Positions 39,795 through 49,181 of a DNA stretch of 64,000 bases are shown here, piece after piece. The stretch is from a bacterium. Its GTDB lineage: Bacteria > UBA8248. Both the position numbers and the translations under genes were made by a program. Location of the stretch: positions 2,528,001-2,592,000 of the forward strand of contig CBDBEV010000001.1 of NCBI GenBank assembly GCA_965204535.1. Direction: 5' to 3'. Below the pieces are notes generated by a model, which searched no databases, was not told the origin of the DNA, and saw nothing but the letters and a program-made list of their open reading frames with translations. Position 1 is the first letter of the stretch, and each line of letters begins with the position of its first letter.

Positions 39795-40685
39795 CTAATA
39801 CCGCTCAGGCACGAAGGTCTGCTCGCTCATGGGGGGGCGCACGTAGGCCTTCGAATCGCGGCGCGGGGGGAGTTCGATGGGCGCGGGCGTCAAGTCCTCG
39901 TAGGGGATGAGGGAGAGCAGGTGGCTGATGCAGTTGAGCCGCGCGCGGCGCTTGGAATCCGCGTCCACCACGTACCAGGGGGCTTGCTTGATGTCGGTGT
40001 GGGCGAACATCTCGTCCTTCGCCTTGGAGTACTCCACCCAGCGGGTGCGGGATTCGAGATCCATCGGCGAGAGCTTCCAGCGCCTCGTCCTGTCCTCGAT
40101 GCGCGCATGAAAGCGGCGCTCCTGTTCCTCGTCGCTCACCGAGAACCAGTACTTGATCAGGATGATGCCCGAGCGCACGAGCATCCGCTCGAACGTGGGG
40201 CAGGAGTGCAGGAACTCGCGGTATTCCTGGTCCGTGCAGAAGCCCATCACCCGCTCGACGCCCGCGCGGTTGTACCAGGAGCGGTCGAAGAGCGCCATCT
40301 CGCCCGCGGCGGGCAGGTGCGGCACGTAGCGCTGGAAATACCACTGCGTCTGCTCGCGCTCGGTGGGGGCGGCCAGCGCCACGACGCGGCAGACCCTCGG
40401 GTTGAGCCTCAAGGTGATGCGCTTGATGACGCCGCCCTTGCCGGCGGCGTCGCGCCCCTCGAAGATGACGACGACCTTGAGGCCCTGATCCTTTATCCAC
40501 TCCTGCAGCTTCACGAGTTCTTCCTGGAGCCGCACGAGTTCGGCCTCGTACACCCTTTTGGTCAGCTTCCGGCGCGGGGCTTTCCGGGCGTCTCCCGCCC
40601 GGGTGAAGGCGGAGGCGGCATCGCCCCCGCGCCCGACGCCGTCGCCATCGGGTGCGGTCGTATCGGATGCGCCTTCCGGGTCCAT
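39795..40685 (-). CDS. ppk2: Polyphosphate kinase 2
   Basis: FEGRDAAGKGG, FDRSWYNRAGVERVMGF, WKLSPMD. Confidence 0.95.
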   Translation of the reverse strand: MDPEGASDTTAPDGDGVGRGGDAASAFTRAGDARKAPRRKLTKRVYEAELVRLQEELVKLQEWIKDQGLKVVVIFEGRDAAGKGGVIKRITLRLNPRVCRVVALAAPTEREQTQWYFQRYVPHLPAAGEMALFDRSWYNRAGVERVMGFCTDQEYREFLHSCPTFERMLVRSGIILIKYWFSVSDEEQERRFHARIEDRTRRWKLSPMDLESRTRWVEYSKAKDEMFAHTDIKQAPWYVVDADSKRRARLNCISHLLSLIPYEDLTPAPIELPPRRDSKAYVRPPMSEQTFVPERY

Positions 40686-40975
40686 GATGCGCCTCCTCGT
40701 TTGTGTCGGTTGTCCCGATTATGAACGCAGGCGGGGGGCCGCGCAAGGGAAAAAGGGGTTGTTGAAAAAGCCACTATACGGCCCCTACGAAGATCGCTTT
40801 TCACCGACGAGAATATCAAATCAACTCCCCCCTTGAGGGGGAGTCGATGAAGCCGAGCGGTTTGTGCGAAGGCTGAATCGGTGGGGGGTAAAATGCGTTT
40901 TATCGCCAGTCCGAATTATACCCCTCACCGAATCGCTTTCGGGCTTACGCCCTCAGCTCTTCGACTCCCCCTCAA

Positions 40976-42493
40976 AGGGCCTGTTGAAAAACCCCTGGTT
41001 TTGTGATCGTATGGATGTATTCCCCCTCGCCCGAGATGGGAGTTCCGGAGATGTTGGACCGCAAGAGGCGCGAGCAGATGGACTTGTTCGTGGCCGGCCC
41101 GCTGGAGAAGTTGATTCCCGAAGATCACATATTGCGCCAGGTGGACCGCGTACTGGATTTGAGTTGGCTTCGCGAGGAAGTGGCGGAGTGCTATTGCGCG
41201 GACAACGGTCGACCGGGGATCGACCCGGAAGTGGTGATCCGGTTGATGCTGGCGGGCCTGCTGCTGGGCTACGCGGAGGATCGCCGCCTGCTGCGCGAGG
41301 CGCAGGCGCATCTGGCGGTCCGGTGGTTCATCGGGTACAGGCTGGACGAGGATTTGCCGGATCATTCGAGCCTGACGCGTATCCGTCAACGCTGGGGGGA
41401 GGAGCGGTTCAAGGAGATATTTCGGCGCACGGTTCAGTCTTGCGTGGAGGCGAAGGTGGCGAAGGGAGAGGTGGTTCACATGGACGCGTCTTTGATACGC
41501 GCGGACGTGAGCTGGGAGAGTCTGGCGGAGCGCCACGCGGAGAAGGTGGTGCGGGAGAACGACTCGGAGGATGAGACGGGGAAGAAGGGCGGCGGCGGGG
41601 GTTCGGGTCCGGTGAGCCGAACGGACCCCGACGCGCGCCTGGCGCGCAAGAGCGCTCGGGCGGGGTTCGAGCCGAGCTATAAGCACCACGCGGTGGTGGA
41701 CGACGAGCGTGGGGTGGTTCTCGACGTAGAGGTGACGGAGGGGACGTTGAACGAGCGGGAGATGATGGAGCCGCAGTTGGATGCGGTTTGCGAGCTCACG
41801 GGTCGCGCGCCCGCGGTGGTGACGGCGGATAGTGGCTATGCGTATTCGAAGGTGTACGGCGCATTGGAGCGTCGGGGGGTCGCCGCGCTGATACCGGCGA
41901 AGAAGGAACCCACCCAGAGCCGGGTGCCGCTGCAACTGTTCCGCTACGACGAGCGGAATGAGGTGGTGAAGTGTCCGGGTGGCAAGACGCTGCGCCCCCG
42001 GAAGGAGACGGAGCGGGGGCGCTGGTATGTATCGAGGACCCGCGATTGCGCGGGGTGCGCGCTCAAGGCCGATTGTCTGTCGGCGTCTCGCACGAGCAGG
42101 GCGGTTCTGATTCCGCACGAGTATCCGGCGCTGTTGCGCGCGCGCCGTCGCCACGCGCGCCGTGGGGAGGAGGAGGGCCGGCTGTGGCGGCGCCACATGG
42201 GTCGCTCGGAGGGCTATCACGGCGAGGCGAAGAGTCGGCACGGACTGGCGCGGGCGGTACGCCGGGGTCTTGCGAACGTGAAGATCCAGGCCTACCTGAC
42301 GGCGACTGCGGTGAACCTCAAGCGGCTCGCCGCCGCTGTGGCCGCGGGTTTATTCGCTCTGTGGCGGGCCTGGGCCGCCCGGAAACGCCGAATGAGCGCA
42401 TATCGCGGCCTCACGCGCCGATTGGGCTTCCTCTCCCAGGCCGCGTGAGCCGCCATACATCCCGCTTCAAAACGGGGTTTTTCAACAGCCCCC
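40976..42493 (+). mobile_element. IS1182-family insertion sequence
   Basis: Terminal IRs AGGGCCTGTTGAAAAACCCC and GGGGTTTTTCAACAGCCCCC (18/20 match); flanking duplication TCAA (or CTCAA). Confidence 0.88.
41051..42448 (+). CDS. IS1182-family DDE transposase
   Basis: N-terminal DUF772-like region (IPEDH, GRPGIDP, PDHSSL); DDE candidates MDAS, ADSGY, SEG; C-terminal AVNLKRL. Confidence 0.9.
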   Translation: MLDRKRREQMDLFVAGPLEKLIPEDHILRQVDRVLDLSWLREEVAECYCADNGRPGIDPEVVIRLMLAGLLLGYAEDRRLLREAQAHLAVRWFIGYRLDEDLPDHSSLTRIRQRWGEERFKEIFRRTVQSCVEAKVAKGEVVHMDASLIRADVSWESLAERHAEKVVRENDSEDETGKKGGGGGSGPVSRTDPDARLARKSARAGFEPSYKHHAVVDDERGVVLDVEVTEGTLNEREMMEPQLDAVCELTGRAPAVVTADSGYAYSKVYGALERRGVAALIPAKKEPTQSRVPLQLFRYDERNEVVKCPGGKTLRPRKETERGRWYVSRTRDCAGCALKADCLSASRTSRAVLIPHEYPALLRARRRHARRGEEEGRLWRRHMGRSEGYHGEAKSRHGLARAVRRGLANVKIQAYLTATAVNLKRLAAAVAAGLFALWRAWAARKRRMSAYRGLTRRLGFLSQAA

Positions 42494-42713
42494 TCAAGGG
42501 GGGAGTGATTCTCTTCTTTCTCGTCGGGTTGGCAATGTGTTCGAGGGAGAAATCCGCAGCCGCGCCAGCGGTGGTCGATACCGAGAGAGAAGGGACTTTT
42601 TCAACACCCCCCTTGAGGAGTGAGTTGCATGATCGTTTGGTTCGGCATTCGCCGGAATGACAGACAAAAGCTTGCGGAAACACACGGACATTCCAGGTTG
42701 GAATGCTATTCCT

Positions 42714-43391
42714 TCATAAACGCTCCGCCGCCTCTTTGACGGCCGCTTCCCGCTCGTTCTGGCGCGCGGCGGCGCCCTCCCGCACGGCGGCCACCATCGC
42801 CGGGTCCGCCCGCTCGGGGCTGCCCGCATCATATGGCGGCTTGGGGTCGTACTCCATGCCGAGTTGTATCTTGCGCGCGGCCTCGGCGCCCAACACCTCT
42901 CCCGCCACCGTCAGGGCGAAATCGATGCCGGCCGTCACCCCGCCGCCGGTGATCAGGTTGCCGTCGACGACCACGCGCTCTGCCACCGGTTCGCAGCCGA
43001 AGGCGGCGAGCATCGCGTGCGACATCCAGTGCGAAGTCGCGCGCTTGCCTTTCAAGAGACCTGCCGCGCCCAGCACCAAGGATCCTGTGCACACGGAGGT
43101 GACGTAGCGCGCCCCCGCCGCCTGGCGACGCACGAAGTCGAGCGTCTCCTCATCGTTCAAGAGCGCGTTCATGCCCGCCCCACCCGGCACGCAGATGAGG
43201 TCGAGCTGCGGGCAATCGGCGAACGTGGTGCTCGGCAAAAGCTGCATGCCACCGCCCGCTTTGACCGGTTCCAGCGTCTTCCAGACGAGATGGACGTCCG
43301 AGTCGGGGAACTTGGTGAAGACCTCGTAGGGGCCGGTCATGTCGAGTTGTGTGAGGTTCGGGAATAGGAGAAGGCCGATCTGGAATCGCAT
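42714..43391 (-). CDS. DJ-1/PfpI family protein (isonitrile hydratase-like)
   Basis: TQLDMTGP, SVCTGS, GGGVTAGID, EYDPKPPY. Confidence 0.9.
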   Translation of the reverse strand: MRFQIGLLLFPNLTQLDMTGPYEVFTKFPDSDVHLVWKTLEPVKAGGGMQLLPSTTFADCPQLDLICVPGGAGMNALLNDEETLDFVRRQAAGARYVTSVCTGSLVLGAAGLLKGKRATSHWMSHAMLAAFGCEPVAERVVVDGNLITGGGVTAGIDFALTVAGEVLGAEAARKIQLGMEYDPKPPYDAGSPERADPAMVAAVREGAAARQNEREAAVKEAAERL

Positions 43392-43572
43392 GGCGTCTCG
43401 ATGCCTCCGCTGTTGGGGTAGGCGATCAGGTTATGGGCCGGCCTGATAGGTGTCAAGGCGGGCGTATGGCGGGTCATGCGGCAATGAAACGTTATGCGGA
43501 ATTACTCCCCCCTTGGGAGCTGTTGAAAAAGTCCCGTGGAACGATTTTGGTTGAGCGCACGCTTTTGAATTT

Positions 43573-43755
43573 CACTCCCCCCTTGAGGGGGAGTCGAAGA
43601 GCTAAGGGCGTAAGCCCGTAAGCGATTCGGTGGGGGGTATATCCGGAATGGCGATAAAACGCATTTCACCCCCCACCGCATCAGCCTTCGCAAAAAACGC
43701 TCGGCTTCTGTCGGGCTTTCCCCTCGGGAAGCCCGACCCCCTCAAGAGGGAAGTG
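43573..43755. repeat. Palindromic repeat family B (reverse orientation, hairpin-insert subfamily)
   Basis: Terminal arms and internal arms as in the other copies. Confidence 0.85.
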
Positions 43756-43841
43756 AATCGGGTTACGTCCTGCTCCTCCGTCTCACCCATGCTATACTAC
43801 TCCTATACCGACATCCCCCCTCCCGTTCATGAAGGCCGCCA

Positions 43842-45056
43842 TTGGAATATCTCTCCTTCGCGTGGAAAAACCGCCGCTTTCTGGCATTCGGGCTTCTGCT
43901 CACGTTTTTCTCGTGCTTCGGGCAGTCCTATTTCATCGCCGTGTTCAACACCGACATCCGCGCCGCCTTCTCGCTCTCCCACGGGCAGTTCGGCCTCGCC
44001 TACGCCGTCGCCACCGTCTCGAGCGCGATGTGCCTGATATGGATCGGCAAGATGATCGACAGGACGAGACTGAAACTTTTCGCCCTGTGCGTCTGCTGCG
44101 GCCTCATCGCCTCCTGCGTCCTGATGGCGGCGGCGCCCGTCTTTCCGGCGCTGCTCTTCGCCCTGTTCGCGCTCAGGCTCACGGGCCAGGGATTGATGGT
44201 CCACACCTCGGTGACGAGCATCGGGCGGCATTTCACCGCCGAGCGCGGGCGCGCCGTCAGCATCATCTCGATGGGCGGACCCTCGGGCCAGGCGGTGATG
44301 GCGCTCGCCGCGGTGGGCTTGAGCGCGTGGCTCTACTGGCGGCAGATCTGGCTGGTGATGGCGGCGGTCTGCGCCCTCGTGCTGATTCCCGCCGTCGCCT
44401 GGCTGCTCAGGGGCCATGAAGACGAACATTTGGGGCGCAAGATGCGCGCGCAGGAGGCGTCCGCCCCCGGTTCCCAAGGGGTGTGGGGGAGAAGGGAGGT
44501 GCTCAGGGACCTGCGCTTTTATCTCATCATGCCCGTTTCACTCGCCCCCTCGTTCATCGCCACGGGCTTTTTCTTCCACATGGGGCATCTGGTGGAGGCC
44601 AAGGGGTGGACGCTCGCGTTTTTCACGGGCGCGTATACGCTCTACACGCTTTTCTCCATCTCGTTGACGCTGCTCACCGGCCCCGTCGTGGACCGCGTCG
44701 GCGCGGTCCGGATTCTCCCCTGGCATCTGGCGCCCTTGTGCCTGGGTCTCGTGGCGCTTGCGGTTTCCGACCACTGGTTCGCGGCCATCCTCTACATGGG
44801 CCTGACGGGGATAACGGTCGGCGTGCGCATCACCATCGGCGGGGCCATCTGGGCGGAGATCTACGGGGTGGAGAACCTCGGCGCCATCCGCTCCCTCGCC
44901 ACCTCGTTCATGGTGGTATCGACGGCGCTCTCGCCCGTCGTCTTCGGCTGGCTGATCGACTTCGATGTGAGCGTGGAGAGCCTCGCCCTCATGTGCCTGG
45001 CCTACGGCGTCGGGTCGTCCGTCCTGAGCGGCGCGTCGCTCGGGATGCGGCGTTAG
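43842..45056 (+). CDS. MFS transporter
   Basis: About 12 hydrophobic helices; GKMIDR and GPVVDRVG MFS loop motifs. Confidence 0.9.
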   Translation: MEYLSFAWKNRRFLAFGLLLTFFSCFGQSYFIAVFNTDIRAAFSLSHGQFGLAYAVATVSSAMCLIWIGKMIDRTRLKLFALCVCCGLIASCVLMAAAPVFPALLFALFALRLTGQGLMVHTSVTSIGRHFTAERGRAVSIISMGGPSGQAVMALAAVGLSAWLYWRQIWLVMAAVCALVLIPAVAWLLRGHEDEHLGRKMRAQEASAPGSQGVWGRREVLRDLRFYLIMPVSLAPSFIATGFFFHMGHLVEAKGWTLAFFTGAYTLYTLFSISLTLLTGPVVDRVGAVRILPWHLAPLCLGLVALAVSDHWFAAILYMGLTGITVGVRITIGGAIWAEIYGVENLGAIRSLATSFMVVSTALSPVVFGWLIDFDVSVESLALMCLAYGVGSSVLSGASLGMRR

Positions 45057-45090
45057 TTGGATGGGACGGTCTGCGAATAGCCCCTATTGC

Positions 45091-45360
45091 TTACTCGAAT
45101 AAATCCGAATGCGTACCCGTACGGATGAGAGTGACCGAGTCCTCGTCCTCCTCCCAGATGAGGAGCCAGTCTGGTTCTACATGACATTCTTGGCAGGGTG
45201 ACCATTCACCGGACAAGCGATGAGGTCTGTTTTGTGGATCGAGCGATTCGCCAGCGAGTAACTTATCGACGATGCGATTGAGTTTTTCGACGTTCTTGCC
45301 GCGTCTGCGGGTTCTTCTGAGATCTCTTTTGAACTGCGTAGTCGCGCGGAGTTCACGCAT
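45091..45360 (-). CDS. yafQ: Type II toxin, YafQ family mRNA interferase
   Basis: TTQFKRD, H-x-L-S-G, ECHVEPDWLLI, RTGTHSDLF. Confidence 0.9.
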   Translation of the reverse strand: MRELRATTQFKRDLRRTRRRGKNVEKLNRIVDKLLAGESLDPQNRPHRLSGEWSPCQECHVEPDWLLIWEEDEDSVTLIRTGTHSDLFE

Positions 45361-45634
45361 CGTCGAGTTCGGCGATCAACTCCTCGACGCCGCCGTATGT
45401 ACTCAATCCTTCCCCGGCGCGCGCCTGCCGAATGGCTTCGCGGGTCTCCTCGTTGGGAATCTGCTGCGGCGGCAGACCGTGATGCGTGGCGAGCAATTCA
45501 TAGAACAAGGGCATTGCCTTATAAAACAAGGTGATCGCTTCGGTCGGCGAGAGACCGAGTGCAGAGAATATTTTTTCGGCTTCTTGCTTTAACTCAGTAT
45601 CCATTGGCGTGCGTATGATTTCCGTGTCGGCCAT
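45353..45634 (-). CDS. dinJ: Type II antitoxin, RelB/DinJ family
   Basis: ELKQEAEKIFSALGLSPTEAI, GLP, IPNEET. Overlaps the toxin start; AGGAGG RBS. Confidence 0.85.
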   Translation of the reverse strand: MADTEIIRTPMDTELKQEAEKIFSALGLSPTEAITLFYKAMPLFYELLATHHGLPPQQIPNEETREAIRQARAGEGLSTYGGVEELIAELDDA

Positions 45635-45700
45635 GGTGCGCCTCCTTTTCTTAAAAATAATCGCAATCCCGGAGCAGGTCAACATGCCTCCAACTCCACA

Positions 45701-45766
45701 ATGTGCCTGGCCTACGGGGTCGGGTCGTCCGTCCTGAGCGGCGCGTCGCTCGGGATGCGGCGGTAA
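45701..45766 (+). repeat. Direct-repeat copy of the last 66 nt of the MFS gene (44991-45056)
   Basis: 63/66 identical, 710 bp apart, bracketing dinJ-yafQ. Confidence 0.92.
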
Positions 45767-45802
45767 GAGGAAAGGATTGTGGTTTGTGAGAGATTTTTAT
45801 CT

Positions 45803-45830
45803 GTAGGGACAGGTCGCGACCTGTCCCTAC
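45803..45830. repeat. Perfect 28-bp GTAG...CTAC palindrome (REP)
   Basis: GTAGGGACAGGTCGCGACCTGTCCCTAC. Confidence 0.8.
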
Positions 45831-45845
45831 GGTATGCTCGTACCC

Positions 45846-46175
45846 TCAACGCCCCCGGCGCTTCGTAGGCGCGAAGCGCCGCCGCCAGCTCGCCGTCTGC
45901 GAGCGCGTGATGCGGTAGAGCATGAAACCGCCCGCCGTCACCGAGACCAGGATGAGCGCGAAGCCTATCGTCATCGTCTTTTGAAACGGCGTGGCGCGCC
46001 TGGTTTTCTCCGCCGCCGCGCCGGCTGCCTTTTCGCCTGCCGCGGGAGGCTTCTCCGGCGGGGCGACGTCGGGCAGCCAGACGAAGGGAATCGCCACCAT
46101 CCCCGCCACGAACAGGATGGGCAGTATCAGGCGCGTGAAGTAGAGTCGAAACACTGTCCGGCAAACCTCCGTCAT
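45846..46175 (-). CDS. Small hypothetical 2-TM membrane protein
   Basis: Two hydrophobic helices separated by a Pro/Ala/Lys-rich linker; host-like codon usage. Confidence 0.55.
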   Translation of the reverse strand: MTEVCRTVFRLYFTRLILPILFVAGMVAIPFVWLPDVAPPEKPPAAGEKAAGAAAEKTRRATPFQKTMTIGFALILVSVTAGGFMLYRITRSQTASWRRRFAPTKRRGR

Positions 46176-46351
46176 CGCCACGAAGCGCGTGGCCGGCGCC
46201 GGGAGGGAGAGGTGTGGATGGTGCAAAGCCTCATGGAACCTCCCGAACCGGAATATAAAGGGCCGGGCCGCGGGAATCCACCCCTGCGCTGCTCGGCGGC
46301 GGCGCAGGCTCTCGAATGGAAAACCAACCCCCCCCTACCCCCCCCTGACAA

Positions 46352-46631
46352 GGGGCTGTTGAAAAATCCCTGATATCGTGATTTGGCGTATGGAGATGAC
46401 CGAGCAGGGAGGAGACTTCACTCCCCCCCTTGAGGGTCTGGCTTCCCGAGGGGAAAGCCAGACGATGAAGCCGAGCGTTTTGTGCGAAGGCTGAATCGGT
46501 GGGGGGAGGTTTACTCTGTGGCATGTCCCCCCACCGGCGCGACTTCGGGCTTCGCCCTCGTCTTGCCGACTCCCCCTCAAGGGGGGAGTGAAAAGCAGCG
46601 CGCTCCCTCAAGGGACTTTTTCAACAGGTCC
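46352..46631. mobile_element. MITE-like element with IS1182-type ends carrying a family B palindrome, inserted in a family A arm
   Basis: GGGGCTGTTGAAAAATCCC...GGGACTTTTTCAACAGGTCC with GACAA duplicated on both sides; family B copy inside at 46419-46590. Confidence 0.75.
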
Positions 46632-46828
46632 GACAAGGGAGGCTTTCCCAGCGACCCTCATCCGCCTGGGCACGGCCGCATGGCGCGTTTTTGGTCATTG
46701 GGGCGCGTGCGGTTTTCGTTTCGCCCGAAATGTGGTGATATTCAGTTTCGCCCCTGATGCGCGGCTGCACGCGCTTTTAATGTTTTTCATTTGTCTTTCC
46801 ATGATCATGGCAAGGGAGGCGGCAACGA

Positions 46829-47599
46829 ATGAAACGGCCGAGAATCGGAATCACCTGCGACGTGGGCAAGCGGAATTTCCCCGAAGACCCCAAGGTGCGT
46901 CCCCGACACGTGCTCATGGACGCCTATGTGGAATCCGTGGTCAAGGCGGGCGGCGCGCCCCTGCTGCTCCCCGCGGTGGAGGATGAGCGGGCGAGCATGG
47001 CGTTGCTCCTGGGCATCGACGGCCTCATCATCTCGGGCGGCGGGCACGACATCGACCCCATGCTCTACGGCGAGGAGCGCTTGCCCGAGTGCAGCCCCAC
47101 GAACCCCAAGCGCGAGACGGCGGAGATGGCCGCCTGCCGGGGGGCGATGTCGCGCGACATGCCCGTGCTCGGCATCTGCGGCGGCATGCAGGTCATCAAC
47201 ATCGCGGCGGGCGGCACGCTCTACCAGGACATCCCCTCCCAGGTGCCGGGCGCGCTCACGCACCGGCCCGAGAACACGGACGAGAACACCTACACGTTCC
47301 ACGAGATAGAGATCGGCGATTCCATCCTGGGCGAAGTGCTGGGTGCTTCGTCGGTGGTGAACAGCCACCACCACCAGAGCGCGCGCGAGGTCGGGCCGGG
47401 CGTGCGCGTATCGGCCAAGACCGAAGACGGCGTCATCGAGGCCATCGAGTCTCCCTCGCACCAGTTCGTCGTGGGCGTGCAGTGGCACCCCGAATCCATG
47501 TCGGCCTACGGCTACGCCGACATGGACGGGGCCGCGCAGCTCTTCTCCCGCTTCGTGGACGAGGCCCGCGCCTACGCGGAAGACCCGGTCGCGAAGTAA
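46829..47599 (+). CDS. Peptidase C26 / gamma-glutamyl-gamma-aminobutyrate hydrolase (PuuD-like)
   Basis: GICGGMQ, VNSHHHQ, GVQWHPE. Confidence 0.9.
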   Translation: MKRPRIGITCDVGKRNFPEDPKVRPRHVLMDAYVESVVKAGGAPLLLPAVEDERASMALLLGIDGLIISGGGHDIDPMLYGEERLPECSPTNPKRETAEMAACRGAMSRDMPVLGICGGMQVINIAAGGTLYQDIPSQVPGALTHRPENTDENTYTFHEIEIGDSILGEVLGASSVVNSHHHQSAREVGPGVRVSAKTEDGVIEAIESPSHQFVVGVQWHPESMSAYGYADMDGAAQLFSRFVDEARAYAEDPVAK

Positions 47600-47684
47600 G
47601 CGGCGCGTTTTCTTTTCGAAATTAGCTTTCTCATCCGCCCATCATTTGTCCTGTGCGCGTTGTGAATAACCCAAGGGATAGGTA

Positions 47685-49181
47685 ATGCGAGTTCAGCCGC
47701 TTGAAATCGAGGTGCCCGAAGACGATCCGTTCAAGAATGATCTGCTCGGGCGTCGTGAGACGGTGCAGGTGCTTACCAGCATCGTCGGTTCCATCGAGGG
47801 GCCGTGTGTTTTGTCGGTCGATGCTGCATGGGGGGCGGGGAAAACCACGTTCCTTAAGATGTGGGCGCAACACCTGCGAAACGAGGATTTCCCCGTCGTC
47901 GAGTTCAATGCTTGGGAGACGGACTTCTCCGAGGAGCCTTTCATCGCTCTTTCCACCGAATTGACGGAAGGCCTTAAAGAGTACGCTAATGGATCGATGT
48001 CGGGAAAGATCGACAATATAAAAGGGAAGGCAAAGGAGGTTGCTCGATCACTCATTCCGGGAATCATTAAGGCTGCCGCCGCTGGCATTCCGTTAGTTGG
48101 AGGTGAATTGGGCCTAGCACTCGCTTCCTTGGCTGAAGAAAAGGTGAATGTATACGAGGAAGCACGGGAATCGATCAAATCGTTTCGTTCTACTCTGCAA
48201 GACATGGCTAACACTTTGTCGAAATCAAAGGATGGTCGCCCGCTGGTCGTGGTGATTGATGAGCTGGACAGATGCCGCCCTTCTTACGCCGTCGAGCTTC
48301 TTGAAGTCGCCAAACACATTTTCGCCGTCGATCATGTTGTATTCGTGCTTGGAGTCAACCGCTCCCAGCTCGCGCATTCTGTGAAGGCGCTTTACGGGGA
48401 TGAGTTTGACGCCTTGGGTTATCTGGGCCGTTTCTTCGATTTGGACTTCCGGCTTCCTGAACCCGGCAGGGTAGAGTTTATTAACGCGATGCTCCAGGAG
48501 GCAGGAATTAACGATTGCCTAGAGCGACCGCAAGAACGACATAGATCAATAGAAATGGAAAAAGAAACGGAAGTAGCCCGAAACTTTTTGCAGGCGTTCT
48601 TTGTCACGCCAGACTTAAGCCTTCGCCAGATCGGGCAGGCCATCCACCGACTGGGGCTGGTATTCGCGTCGTTGCGCGAAGAGCAACCGTTGTTCGCCAG
48701 AATGACGATCGTGATGTTTATTCTTCGGGTGCTCGACTTCGAGCTTTATCAACAGTTTGTCGGTGGTGAGGTTTCCGACCTTGAAGTTGCTGATGCAGTG
48801 TTTAATCTGCCAAGAATTAAGGAACTTCGAGGGACAGATTTAGGCGATCAGTTTGAAGCCACGCTCATTGTGGCAATTCATGAAAAGGCCTCACCTGAAA
48901 TTAAGAGTCAGATGGACAATTCAGAAATCTTGCGTGAGTTGGATAACAAGGGCAAACCCAGCCGCCATGATGAAATGCGTAAACTGGCTTATTACATACT
49001 GTTGGAAAATGAAAAGTTGTATGGCACTAACATGATTGCATTCAAAGAATCGATTCAACGGATTGAATTGCTCTCAACCATTCTTCCGGAAGATGTACAA
49101 TCGCATCTTAAATACAAAGCAATTCTGAATCAAACTTTTGGATTGGTGGATGCTCAAGCCTCCCTCAAGGACACTCCCTGA
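47685..49181 (+). CDS. KAP family P-loop NTPase
   Basis: DAAWGAGKT Walker A, FNAW, VVVIDELDRCRP, LGRFFD. Confidence 0.88.
   Translation: MRVQPLEIEVPEDDPFKNDLLGRRETVQVLTSIVGSIEGPCVLSVDAAWGAGKTTFLKMWAQHLRNEDFPVVEFNAWETDFSEEPFIALSTELTEGLKEYANGSMSGKIDNIKGKAKEVARSLIPGIIKAAAAGIPLVGGELGLALASLAEEKVNVYEEARESIKSFRSTLQDMANTLSKSKDGRPLVVVIDELDRCRPSYAVELLEVAKHIFAVDHVVFVLGVNRSQLAHSVKALYGDEFDALGYLGRFFDLDFRLPEPGRVEFINAMLQEAGINDCLERPQERHRSIEMEKETEVARNFLQAFFVTPDLSLRQIGQAIHRLGLVFASLREEQPLFARMTIVMFILRVLDFELYQQFVGGEVSDLEVADAVFNLPRIKELRGTDLGDQFEATLIVAIHEKASPEIKSQMDNSEILRELDNKGKPSRHDEMRKLAYYILLENEKLYGTNMIAFKESIQRIELLSTILPEDVQSHLKYKAILNQTFGLVDAQASLKDTP

Larger units (their letters stand above)
40823..42507. repeat. 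Family B palindrome interrupted by the IS1182 element
   Basis: Left part 40823-40975 and terminal TCAAGGGGGGAGTG at 42494-42507 rejoin into a complete family B copy. Confidence 0.85.

Noticed and set aside
40925-42241. 438-aa ORF antisense to the transposase
   Set aside because: Shadow ORF in GC-rich DNA; the opposite strand carries the DDE motifs.
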